Positions 25,658 through 33,505 of a DNA stretch of 47,576 bases are shown here, in pieces. The position numbers were made by a program, and so were the translations under genes. Location of the stretch: assembly GCA_042218115.1 (NCBI GenBank), contig JBDGRJ010000040.1:1-47576 (forward strand). Reading direction: 5' to 3'. Numbering within the stretch: the first letter of the stretch is position 1; every line of letters begins with the position of its first letter. Source of the stretch: Minisyncoccia bacterium (GTDB lineage Bacteria > Patescibacteriota > Patescibacteriia > Magasanikbacterales > UBA922). A model generated the notes under the pieces. It saw only the letters and a program-made list of their open reading frames with translations. It had not been told where the DNA came from and did no database searches.

Positions 25658-25873
25658 AAATTTAACAGTCTTTACAAAAGAAACAAAAAATGATAAGTTC
25701 ATATCATTTCTCATCCGGATTAGCTTTTTAAAGGGTTAACCTGGCTGAGAAAGCCATAGCTCTTTAGATCTTTACATATCGGTGTGTAAACCACTCTTGC
25801 CATCCGAGAAGCTGTTTGGCTTTTGGGGTGGCAAGAGTGTGTTAATTGAATTCTCACGGAAGAGGAAAATACG

Positions 25874-27070
25874 ATGAGAGTCTTGATTCATTCGATGATG
25901 ATGTATGTCCACCTCTTGCAGGGGGAGGTGGACGAGCTGAAGAATTATTCGGGGCGCGCCCTGCTCGCCCCGCGGTCTTACGGTGCCGTCGTCTACGACA
26001 CCGAGACTGCTCGCAGGTATGCCAGGTACCTGCGAAATCTTGAGCTTGGGCCGGAGAAGGTTTGGTTCGTGGAGCAGAAGGGCAAGACCCTATTTCACGC
26101 GCTGAACCAATCCGGCACCCTCCAGAAGGTCCTGAAAGCCGCCGACTCGATCGCCCCGTTCGTCTCGTGGGAGAAGACGAACCAATTCCGCGAGGAATGG
26201 GGGCTCGATCATGGTCGGTGGTACGGCCAGGACCGTGAGGACCACGTAAGTCTGGAGAACAAGGCGCAACTTCGCCGACGTTTTCCGGATTCGTGGTTCT
26301 CAGAATACGAGATCTTCCCGGCTGGAGATATCAGCGGAATCCAGGAGTACGGATTTCGCTTGATGGCAAAGTACGGGAAGATCCTAGTCCGGCATCCGAA
26401 GAAGGCATCGGGTGTCGGGCTCCGATTCCTGGAGGACTCGGAGGAGCTCCACTCCTCCAAGCTCATCGAGTTTCTCCAAGGCTTTGCCGGTGAGGAGTTG
26501 CTCGTCGAGCAGTTCTTCTCCGGGGCCGAGGAGTACTCGATAACCTGGGAAAGGGGGCTTGGTGGAGAGCCCCGACAGCTCTACTGGTCGGGACAATTCA
26601 TCAAGTCCGGCGTGCATCAGGGCAACTTGATTGCCTCGCCGGAGACCCTCCTCCCCGAGGAGGCCCAGGGAGCGATCGAGGAGATCGAGGCCGCCACCCG
26701 CGAGATCGTGTCAAACCACGACTCGCCGGGCCGGTACGGTTTTGACCTTCTCATCCGACCCAACGGAGAGTGGGTCGTAATCGAGTGTAACTGCCGATAT
26801 GGGGGGAGCGCCTATCCCGCCTTCGTTCGAGAGAACGTAGGGGAGGATCGTTGTGTCATCATGCACAACGTCTATCCCGAAACGGCGGAGAGCTTCGAGG
26901 AGGTCCACGAAGCCTTCGAGGAGCTCGGGCTCGACTACGACCCCTCGAGCCGAGAGGGTGCGCTCGTTGGCAACCCCTTCGCCCTTCCGGCGAAATGTGC
27001 CGCGGTGATCGTGGCCAATAAGCCGGACGAGGTGAAAGGGATGCTCAAGCGCATCCAAAATAATCTCTAA
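25874..27070 (+). CDS. ATP-grasp superfamily ligase, high-GC paralog (398 aa)
   Basis: ILVRHPKKASGVG (Lys plus Gly-rich loop), LVEQF and the Mg-binding-like ECNCRYGG. It aligns over its full length with the 28150..29337 product. GC is about 57-68% in two lines I counted. Confidence 0.8.
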   Translation: MRVLIHSMMMYVHLLQGEVDELKNYSGRALLAPRSYGAVVYDTETARRYARYLRNLELGPEKVWFVEQKGKTLFHALNQSGTLQKVLKAADSIAPFVSWEKTNQFREEWGLDHGRWYGQDREDHVSLENKAQLRRRFPDSWFSEYEIFPAGDISGIQEYGFRLMAKYGKILVRHPKKASGVGLRFLEDSEELHSSKLIEFLQGFAGEELLVEQFFSGAEEYSITWERGLGGEPRQLYWSGQFIKSGVHQGNLIASPETLLPEEAQGAIEEIEAATREIVSNHDSPGRYGFDLLIRPNGEWVVIECNCRYGGSAYPAFVRENVGEDRCVIMHNVYPETAESFEEVHEAFEELGLDYDPSSREGALVGNPFALPAKCAAVIVANKPDEVKGMLKRIQNNL

Positions 27071-27178
27071 CTCTACTGACGAAGGAGGTCGACCCGCTAC
27101 CTGGCAGCGTGGTCGGAACCTCTTTGTGTAGACAAGTTGTTTGTCTATACAAACAGGGTTAAATATTAATCAATCAAA

Positions 27179-27910
27179 ATGGAGACTAATGAAAGAATTT
27201 TGGTTGTTCAGTTTCGTACTGACGATTCTGAAGACCATGAGCAAAAATGTTTTCATGAAGACTACAATGATCTTAGTGTAGATCTTCACTTTGAGAGTGC
27301 TATTAGTGGGGATTTAGAAAATTGTCGTTTAGATGATTATCACGGGGTAATTTTAGGAGGAAGTGGCGAGTATTATTTGACTGAAGGTGCAGGTAAGGGT
27401 AGCTGGAGGCAGGATGCATTTGAGTTTATAAATAAAACCTTAAATAAAGAGAAGCCTACTTTGGGTATTTGCTTTGGGTCTCAGCTGCTAGCTCTACACC
27501 AGGGTGGCAAGCTTGTCAGTGATGAAAAGTATCACGAATCAGGATCTTACCAAGTAGATTTAACAAAAGAGGCAGAAGATTGTGATATTTTTTCCAACAT
27601 GGATCCATCGTTTAATGCTACTATAGCTCACCAGGATACTCACATAGATATGCCTGATAATATCGTTCCTTTAGCAAGCTCGGAGAGAGTCCCCTGTCAG
27701 GCCTTCAAGGTGAAAGATAAGCCAGCTTGGGGTACCCTATTCCACCCGGAGCTAAATGCTGACAGGCTTGATTATAGACTTCGGCTCTACCCGTCTTACG
27801 TAGATAATGAGCATCTGATTGATGAGATTATACAGGACTTTGATGACACATCCTATTCTATCAATATATTACATCACTTCTATCATTATATCGCAGAAAA
27901 TATTGATTAA
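27179..27910 (+). CDS. Class I glutamine amidotransferase-like protein (COG0518/GuaA-type, peptidase C26-like fold)
   Basis: Nucleophile elbow LGICFGSQLLA and the His-Glu pair in LFHPELN. Confidence 0.85.
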   Translation: METNERILVVQFRTDDSEDHEQKCFHEDYNDLSVDLHFESAISGDLENCRLDDYHGVILGGSGEYYLTEGAGKGSWRQDAFEFINKTLNKEKPTLGICFGSQLLALHQGGKLVSDEKYHESGSYQVDLTKEAEDCDIFSNMDPSFNATIAHQDTHIDMPDNIVPLASSERVPCQAFKVKDKPAWGTLFHPELNADRLDYRLRLYPSYVDNEHLIDEIIQDFDDTSYSINILHHFYHYIAENID

Positions 27911-27927
27911 GATTTTATGAATGTGAA

Positions 27928-27956
27928 CTTGACTACACCTCGTCGCTGTTCTATAA
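27928..27956 (+). promoter_or_regulatory. Candidate sigma70 promoter (TTGACT-17 nt-TATAAT) of module 2
   Basis: Hexamers at 27928-27933 and 27951-27956. The leader ORF ATG is about 15 nt from the predicted transcription start site. Confidence 0.5.
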
Positions 27957-27977
27957 TATTTCTGTAATTATAGCATT

Positions 27978-28064
27978 TATGAATAAATTCAATTTCCTAA
28001 ATAACCAGTTTCTATTTCTGTTTATGATGCCCGCTTGGTCGCGGCGGCGCTCCTGTAATGGCTA
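27978..28064 (+). CDS. Leader peptide ORF 2 (28 aa, Phe/Leu-rich, ends in SRRRSCNG)
   Basis: MNKFNFLNNQFLFLFMMPAWSRRRSCNG, translated by hand, with 5 Phe and 3 Leu in residues 4-15. It shares the M-x-K-(x)-F-x-F-x-N start, a hydrophobic core and an SR motif with leader ORF 1. Confidence 0.45.
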
Positions 28065-28088
28065 GTTGAATTTTTTCAGCCAGTAAAG

Positions 28089-28112
28089 AGCCCGCCGGAG
28101 ACGGCGGGCTTT
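28089..28112 (+). terminator. Rho-independent terminator (attenuator) of module 2
   Basis: The same GCCCGCCG-GAGA-CGGCGGGC hairpin followed by TTTT. It is 37 nt upstream of the ATP-grasp ATG. Confidence 0.75.
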
Positions 28113-28149
28113 TGCTATTAATTTTAGTTACTTAATTATTGCTTACAAC

Positions 28150-29337
28150 ATGAAGACCCACATACATGATTTGAGCTTGTTTGTAACTTTTCTCAAAGGG
28201 TACATTTCCGGGGTAGAGGATTATGTAGCCAGGGCACTCTTATCTCCAGAGGGGGCCGTGGTCTTTGATGATTATGACGTGGATAATTATGTAGAATATC
28301 TGCGAGATATAAATGTAGGTCCCAAGAAAGTTTGGTCGGTAGAGTCTACCGGGGATACTCTATTTCACGCTTTAGATCAAAGTAATCAGCTGGATGAGGT
28401 ACTTGAGCAAAGTGATGTAATAGTGCCGTTCGTATCTTGGGAATATACCAATAAATTTAAAGACAAATGGGGCCTGAAAGACAGTCAGTGGAAGACTCAA
28501 CCCCCCGAAGTTCACCAAAAGCTAGAAAATAAGACTCACTTAAGAGAGATAGGAAAAGAGGAGTGGTTTACAGACTATACTACCTGTAGAGACAAAGAGT
28601 TAGTGGAGGTGGGTCAAGAAATGCTCAGAGAGTACGAGAATATTTTAGTACGTCATCCTAAAAAAGCTAGTGGTGTGGGCGCAGAACAGATAGGAGACCC
28701 GAATTATTTTCAGTCCCAAGACTTTGATCAGTTTGTAGAAGAACATTCTGATGATAACCACTTTTTAGTTGAGGAGTTTTATGAGAAAGGGGAGGAGTTT
28801 AGCATTATCTGGGATGTATCAGCAGAGGGTGAGCCCAAACTTCAATTTTGGACCAGGCAATATATTAATGATTGTGTACATCAGGGTAATATGGTGGCCG
28901 ATGTTGAAGTTGTATTCCCTTGGGAGGCTGAAACAACTATTAGTGAGATAAAAGATGCTACTCGTAGAATAATTGAGGAGTACCCATACTTTGGGCGTAT
29001 AGGTTTTGATTTGAAGGTTTCGCCTTCCGGTGAGTGGAAAATATTGGAGTGTAATTGCAGATACGGTGGGTCTTCTTATCCAGGGTTTACTAGAGAGCAA
29101 GTGGGGGAGGATCGTTGTGTGTTAATGCATAACATTCACCCTAGGCTAGATAATTTTCAGCAGGTACACCAAGCTTTTGTGGAGGCAGATGTAGATTACT
29201 CAAAGGAAGATAGAATAGGCGCTTTTGTAGCCAACCCATTTTGCCTGCCGGACAAGTGTGCTGCTATGATCGTAGCAGAAAACCCCGATGAGGCGGAGCA
29301 GATTCTATCTACTATCTTGGATAAAGTCGATAAATAA
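28150..29337 (+). CDS. ATP-grasp superfamily ligase, low-GC paralog (395 aa)
   Basis: ILVRHPKKASGVG, LVEEF, ECNCRYGGSSYPGF and GEDRCVLMHN. It is collinear with the 25874..27070 product. Confidence 0.8.
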   Translation: MKTHIHDLSLFVTFLKGYISGVEDYVARALLSPEGAVVFDDYDVDNYVEYLRDINVGPKKVWSVESTGDTLFHALDQSNQLDEVLEQSDVIVPFVSWEYTNKFKDKWGLKDSQWKTQPPEVHQKLENKTHLREIGKEEWFTDYTTCRDKELVEVGQEMLREYENILVRHPKKASGVGAEQIGDPNYFQSQDFDQFVEEHSDDNHFLVEEFYEKGEEFSIIWDVSAEGEPKLQFWTRQYINDCVHQGNMVADVEVVFPWEAETTISEIKDATRRIIEEYPYFGRIGFDLKVSPSGEWKILECNCRYGGSSYPGFTREQVGEDRCVLMHNIHPRLDNFQQVHQAFVEADVDYSKEDRIGAFVANPFCLPDKCAAMIVAENPDEAEQILSTILDKVDK

Positions 29338-29344
29338 TTTAACT

Positions 29345-30082
29345 GTGGGCTCGGATATTAATATAACTGTTATACAATACAGAACCGATGAGTCCAGGCT
29401 CCATGAGCAAAGATGTTTTCAAGACCAGTTTTCTAAGCTAGGAGTAGAGTTTGAATTTATAAATGCAATCGAGGAGGATTTGAGCACTGATGTGATAGAG
29501 GATACACACGGGTTAATTTTAGGGGGAAGTACTGAGTTTTCTTTGTCAAAGCTAGATTGGGGTGACCATACTTGGATAGATACAAGTTTTAATATTTTAA
29601 ACGAGTTAACCAACAGGGAGCTTCCTACTTTGGGGATTTGCTTTGGTTATCACTTGATTGCTCTACATCAGGGTGGTAAAATCACCAATGAAGATAAATA
29701 TCACCAAAGTGGATCTTTTCAGTTAAGTCTATCTCAGCATAAGCATAAATGTGATATTTTCTCTAATCTTCCAGAAGAGTTTTACGCTCAGCTAGGACAT
29801 GTAGACACCCCTGTTGATTTGCCCGAAAACGGCTTGTCATTAGCCTCTTCTAATGAAGTACCTCATCAGGCTTTCAAGGTAGAAGATAGGCCCGTATGGG
29901 GGGTGTTATTTCATCCTGAGCTTAACAAACAAAGAGCCAAAGAGAGATTGGCTATGTTTCTCGATTGTGAGGTAGGCAGCGAAGAGTTCAATCAGGAGGT
30001 GAAAAAACTGGAGAGTAGCCCTGAATCCCAACGGGTTATTCACGAATTTATTAAGTTTACTAATAGAAAGTGTCATGAATAA
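29345..30082 (+). CDS. Class I glutamine amidotransferase-like protein, paralog 2
   Basis: LGICFGYHLIA and LFHPELN. I prefer the GTG at 29345 (VGSDINITVIQYRTDE...) because it aligns with the start of paralog 1 and avoids overlap with the ATP-grasp gene. Confidence 0.8.
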   Translation: MGSDINITVIQYRTDESRLHEQRCFQDQFSKLGVEFEFINAIEEDLSTDVIEDTHGLILGGSTEFSLSKLDWGDHTWIDTSFNILNELTNRELPTLGICFGYHLIALHQGGKITNEDKYHQSGSFQLSLSQHKHKCDIFSNLPEEFYAQLGHVDTPVDLPENGLSLASSNEVPHQAFKVEDRPVWGVLFHPELNKQRAKERLAMFLDCEVGSEEFNQEVKKLESSPESQRVIHEFIKFTNRKCHE

Positions 30083-31010
30083 AGTGCTTTTATTTTACAA
30101 ATATGTGGATATAGAAGACCCTCAGCAAGTCACCGAAAGGCACAAGGAGGTGTGCAAAGCTTTGCAGCTTAAAGGGAGAATACTGATAAGTGACAATGGT
30201 ATTAATGGAACAGTTGGTGCAGATCCCGATCTAGTAGATAAATATAAGGAGTATATCGAGCAACATAAACTATTTGAAGGAACGGATTTTAAAGAAAGTG
30301 AGTCTCGTAAAACCCCTTTTTCTGATTTGTCTGTGAAGGTTAAGGATGAGCTGGTTACCACCGATGCTGATGAGGATTATAATATCTGCGATAGAGCTCA
30401 ACACATAAAACCGAAAACCTTGCACTTATGGATGCAGCAAGAACAAGATAATCTGGTCTTGTTGGATATGAGAAATGATTATGAGTGGAGGATCGGTCGG
30501 TTTAAGGGGGCGGTTAGGCCACCTATGAAGTATTTTCGTGATTTGAAGGACAATCTGGACTTTTATGAGCAGTTCAAAGACAACAAAATTGTTCTGTTTT
30601 GTACCGGTGGTATTAGATGTGAGCCCGCTTCAGCGATGTTGATCGAACACGGTTTTGACCCAGATAATTTATATCAACTGGAAGGAGGCATCATGAAGTA
30701 CGTTGATAAATATGGGTCAGACGGGTTTTATATCGGAGATTGTTTCGTATTTGATGACCGGGTTAGCATTGAGGTGGATGATAATGTATTAGCTAAGTGT
30801 GATATTTGTGGGGGGGAGTGTAATCAATACAGAAACTGTGCAAACAAGAAGTGCAACAAATTATTCATAGGTTGTAGTGATTGTATGGAAGAGCTTGAAA
30901 ATAGCTGCTCCGAGGGCTGCTATGAGTTTATTCAAAACCCGGACAATAAAAGACCAGAAGCTTCAAATCATCACCCTATTCATAGAAATAAAGGAGTAGC
31001 TACAAATTAG
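30075..31010 (+). CDS. trhO: Rhodanese-domain tRNA uridine(34) hydroxylase TrhO (YceA/UPF0176 family)
   Basis: VLLFYKYVDIEDPQ...LKGRILISDNGINGTVG N-terminal domain, rhodanese loop CTGGIRCE and a Cys-rich C-terminal tail. The ATG overlaps the amidotransferase stop (ATGAATAA). Confidence 0.8.
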   Translation: MNKVLLFYKYVDIEDPQQVTERHKEVCKALQLKGRILISDNGINGTVGADPDLVDKYKEYIEQHKLFEGTDFKESESRKTPFSDLSVKVKDELVTTDADEDYNICDRAQHIKPKTLHLWMQQEQDNLVLLDMRNDYEWRIGRFKGAVRPPMKYFRDLKDNLDFYEQFKDNKIVLFCTGGIRCEPASAMLIEHGFDPDNLYQLEGGIMKYVDKYGSDGFYIGDCFVFDDRVSIEVDDNVLAKCDICGGECNQYRNCANKKCNKLFIGCSDCMEELENSCSEGCYEFIQNPDNKRPEASNHHPIHRNKGVATN

Positions 31011-31099
31011 CTGGGCTTTTTGAGGTATGTTATTATTAATATGGAGCTTTAACAATGTTTTTTTAGTTCAAATTCAGCGTAACTTTTAATCAAAAATTT

Positions 31100-31540
31100 A
31101 TGCAGCTTTCCAGTCCAGCTTTTAATCATGAAGGAGAGATTCCTCCTAAATATACTTGTGACGGAGAGGATATAAATCCTCGCTTAAAGATAGACAATAT
31201 TCCCGACCGGGCTAAATCTCTAGCTTTGATTGTAGATGACCCGGATGCTCCCGGTGGAACTTTTACTCACTGGACAATGTGGAACATAGATACTGATATT
31301 GAGAGCATAGAAGAAGATAGTGTACCCGAGGGAGCTATTCAGGGGGGTACCGATTTCGGAGATACAGGCTACGGCGGCCCCTGTCCTCCTTCTGGAACTC
31401 ATAGATACTTCTTTAAGTTATATGCCTTAGGGGAAGAGGTAAATCTAAACTCCGGAGCTAGTAAATCAGATTTGGAGAGTGCTATCAAAGAGAGGGTGGT
31501 TGACTCAGCTGAGCTAATGGGTCAGTACAGCCGAGAATAA
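31100..31540 (+). CDS. YbhB/YbcL-family PEBP (Raf kinase inhibitor-like) protein
   Basis: SPAFNHEGEIPPKYTCDGEDINPRL, LIVDDPDAPGGTFTHW and GPCPPSGTHRYFFKLYAL. Confidence 0.85.
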   Translation: MQLSSPAFNHEGEIPPKYTCDGEDINPRLKIDNIPDRAKSLALIVDDPDAPGGTFTHWTMWNIDTDIESIEEDSVPEGAIQGGTDFGDTGYGGPCPPSGTHRYFFKLYALGEEVNLNSGASKSDLESAIKERVVDSAELMGQYSRE

Positions 31541-31560
31541 ATGAGTAGTAATGAAAAAAC

Positions 31561-31588
31561 AAAAACCCCGCCAGTTGGCGGGGTTTTT
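31561..31588. terminator. Bidirectional rho-independent terminator between convergent genes
   Basis: AAAAA-CCCCGCC-AGTT-GGCGGGG-TTTTT. Confidence 0.8.
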
Positions 31589-31608
31589 GTAGTTGAGAGA
31601 CTCTTTGC

Positions 31609-31764
31609 TTATTTACCTTTCTTTTTTATACATTGAGTGCAGAGTTTTTTACCGTGCCATTTTTGCAGGTTTGGTTTTTGTCGTCTTATAGTTTTGTTGT
31701 TAGCATCACTTCTATGTGCTGCCTTTTTGGACCCTTTTCCGCATTCTTCACATCTTCTGGCCAT
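31609..31764 (-). CDS. rpmB: 50S ribosomal protein L28
   Basis: Hand translation (51 aa): MARRCEECGKGSKKAAHRSDANNKTIRRQKPNLQKWHGKKLCTQCIKKKGK. It has the L28 N-terminal motif and is below the ORF-track cutoff. Confidence 0.8.
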   Translation of the reverse strand: MARRCEECGKGSKKAAHRSDANNKTIRRQKPNLQKWHGKKLCTQCIKKKGK

Positions 31765-31770
31765 AATATG

Positions 31771-31799
31771 TTGATTATTTTGTAGATTATTTTTATACT
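31771..31799 (+). promoter_or_regulatory. Candidate sigma70 promoter (TTGATT-17 nt-TATACT)
   Basis: Hexamers at 31771-31776 and 31794-31799, upstream of the M50 protease gene. Confidence 0.4.
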
Positions 31800-31843
31800 C
31801 TAAGCAGTCGAATTATACATTTTTTTATCTTAATTGTCAATAG

Positions 31844-32464
31844 ATGAATTTTGTACCACTTTTGTTTTACTTCATTATCATTATCCCTTCTGCCATTATT
31901 CATGAATATATGCACGGCTGGATGGCCGATCAGCTTGGGGACCCTACGGCCAAGCATAGAGGCCGCCTTACTTTAGATCCTAGAGCTCATATTGATCCAT
32001 TGGGTACACTGTTGATGCCGCTTTTTTTGTTTTTTATAAGCGGTGGTTCTTTTCTATTTGCTTATGCCAAGCCTGTTCCTATAAATTACTATAATCTGGA
32101 TGATCAGAAGTGGGGTCCGATGTGGGTAGCTTTGGCTGGACCCTTATCTAACTTCGCTTTAGCTGCTATTTTCGGGTTAATGATACAGATATTACCGGCT
32201 GGTATGCTGGTGATTCAGTTCTTGTTGATTATAGTGTATGCAAATGTATTGCTGGGAGTATTTAATATGGTGCCGATACCTCCTTTGGACGGATCGAAGG
32301 TGTTATTTGCTTTGCTGCCTTCTTCTTATCAGGAGATCAAAGTGAAGCTGCAGAGATATAAGTTTATTATTCTGATCATATTCTTATTCTTTGGTTTTCA
32401 GCTGATAATGCCCATAATCCGCTATCTTACTAAGCTATTCACCGGCGGCATGACCTTATTTTAG
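31844..32464 (+). CDS. Site-2 protease family (peptidase M50) membrane metalloprotease
   Basis: HEYMHGW (HExxH) in the first TM region, a second-ligand region NMVPIPPLDGSK, and a polytopic membrane layout. Confidence 0.75.
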   Translation: MNFVPLLFYFIIIIPSAIIHEYMHGWMADQLGDPTAKHRGRLTLDPRAHIDPLGTLLMPLFLFFISGGSFLFAYAKPVPINYYNLDDQKWGPMWVALAGPLSNFALAAIFGLMIQILPAGMLVIQFLLIIVYANVLLGVFNMVPIPPLDGSKVLFALLPSSYQEIKVKLQRYKFIILIIFLFFGFQLIMPIIRYLTKLFTGGMTLF

Positions 32465-32469
32465 CCTTC

Positions 32470-32498
32470 TTGACATGAAGTCCCAATTTTTTTATAAT
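32470..32498 (+). promoter_or_regulatory. Candidate sigma70 promoter (TTGACA-17 nt-TATAAT) of the rpsL-rpsG-fusA operon
   Basis: Perfect consensus hexamers at 32470-32475 and 32493-32498. Confidence 0.55.
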
Positions 32499-32528
32499 TA
32501 CTCCGCTAGTTAAATAATCACTCAATTC

Positions 32529-32945
32529 ATGCCGACAATAAATCAGCTTGTACGAAAAGGAAGAGATCGAGGTAAAAAGAAATCCGAATCACCTGACTTA
32601 CAATATACATATAATGATCTAGCCCGAGAGAAGAACCAGCTCGATGAAGGAGCTCCGCTAAAGCGTGGAGTTTGTACTGAGGTATATACTCGAGCACCGA
32701 AGAAGCCGAACTCTGCTTTGAGAAAAGTTGCCAAAGTCAGACTCTCTAATGGGGCAAGGATCATTGCCTATATTCCCGGAGAAGGCCACAACCTCCAAGA
32801 ACACTCTATTGTATTAGTAAAAGGTGGTGGCGTGAAAGACTGCCCGGGAGTAAACTATACAGTAGTTCGTGGCGTTTATGATACTGAAGGTGTCGAAGGA
32901 AGAAAGACCAGTAGATCGCTATACGGAACCAAGAAACCAGATTAA
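32529..32945 (+). CDS. rpsL: 30S ribosomal protein S12 (with an insertion of about 15 aa)
   Basis: [12 protein letters not shown]..., [16 protein letters not shown] and [10 protein letters not shown]. There is extra sequence [16 protein letters not shown] before the conserved KRGVC. Confidence 0.95.
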   Translation: MPTINQLVRKGRDRGKKKSESPDLQYTYNDLAREKNQLDEGAPLKRGVCTEVYTRAPKKPNSALRKVAKVRLSNGARIIAYIPGEGHNLQEHSIVLVKGGGVKDCPGVNYTVVRGVYDTEGVEGRKTSRSLYGTKKPD

Positions 32946-32955
32946 TAAATAATAT

Positions 32956-33432
32956 ATGTCCAAACCACTACAGGCCGGAGAGGTAGATCCGGATCCAAAA
33001 TATGATAATGAAAGGCTTGCGAAGTTTATTAATTATGTGATGCAAGAAGGCAAAAAGCAGCTTGCTAGAGAGGTAGTTTATGATGCGATTGAGCTTTTGG
33101 CTGAAGATAAAGAAGGTAAACCACTAGAGTTGTGGCAGCAAGCAGTAGAAAATGTAGCTCCGCACATGGAGGTTAGATCTCGTAGAGTAGGAGGTGCAAA
33201 TTATAATATTCCGATAACAGTAGCCGGAGATAGAAGATATGCACTTTCTTTCCGTTGGATTATAAATGCAGCTAAAGATAGAAGTGAAGAAAATATGAAA
33301 AAAAGATTAGCAGCAGAGCTGAATGCAGCTCTGGATGAGGAAGGTGCTGCTATCAAAAGAAGGGAAGAGGTGCACAGAATGGCTGAAGCCAACAAGGCTT
33401 TTGCTCACTTTGCTAAGTTTATCAAAACCTAA
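32956..33432 (+). CDS. rpsG: 30S ribosomal protein S7
   Basis: Position between rpsL and fusA. PDPKYDNERLAKFINYVMQEGKK and VEVRSRRVGGANYNIP motifs. Confidence 0.95.
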   Translation: MSKPLQAGEVDPDPKYDNERLAKFINYVMQEGKKQLAREVVYDAIELLAEDKEGKPLELWQQAVENVAPHMEVRSRRVGGANYNIPITVAGDRRYALSFRWIINAAKDRSEENMKKRLAAELNAALDEEGAAIKRREEVHRMAEANKAFAHFAKFIKT

Positions 33433-33505
33433 TTACTTGTGGTCTTCTAAATTAGAAGCAAAGTAATTAGCCTATTTTTATTTTACTTACTCTAACTAAC
33501 TACTA

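Noticed and set aside
25846-27058. ORFs overlapping the high-GC ATP-grasp gene (25846..26043+, 26209..26466-, 26293..26493+, 26384..26617-, 26711..27058-)
   Set aside because: Long spurious ORFs are expected in high-GC DNA because stop codons are depleted. Only the 25874..27070 frame gives a product collinear with the paralog at 28150.
28041-28049. Classical arginine-sensing attenuation based on the CGG CGG CGC triplet in leader 2
   Set aside because: The Arg codons lie within the antiterminator strand itself. A ribosome stalled there would block antitermination rather than promote it. The geometry fits stalling at the upstream Phe/Leu codons better.
25502-28064. Reading the two leader ORFs as graspetide-type RiPP precursors for the ATP-grasp enzymes
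   Set aside because: The peptides lack the Thr/Ser plus Asp/Glu/Lys-rich cores used for ATP-grasp macrocyclisation. Each also sits inside alternative terminator/antiterminator helices, which fits a regulatory leader better. This reading is kept only as a minor alternative in the main finding. Absence of an SD is not informative here because most genes lack one.
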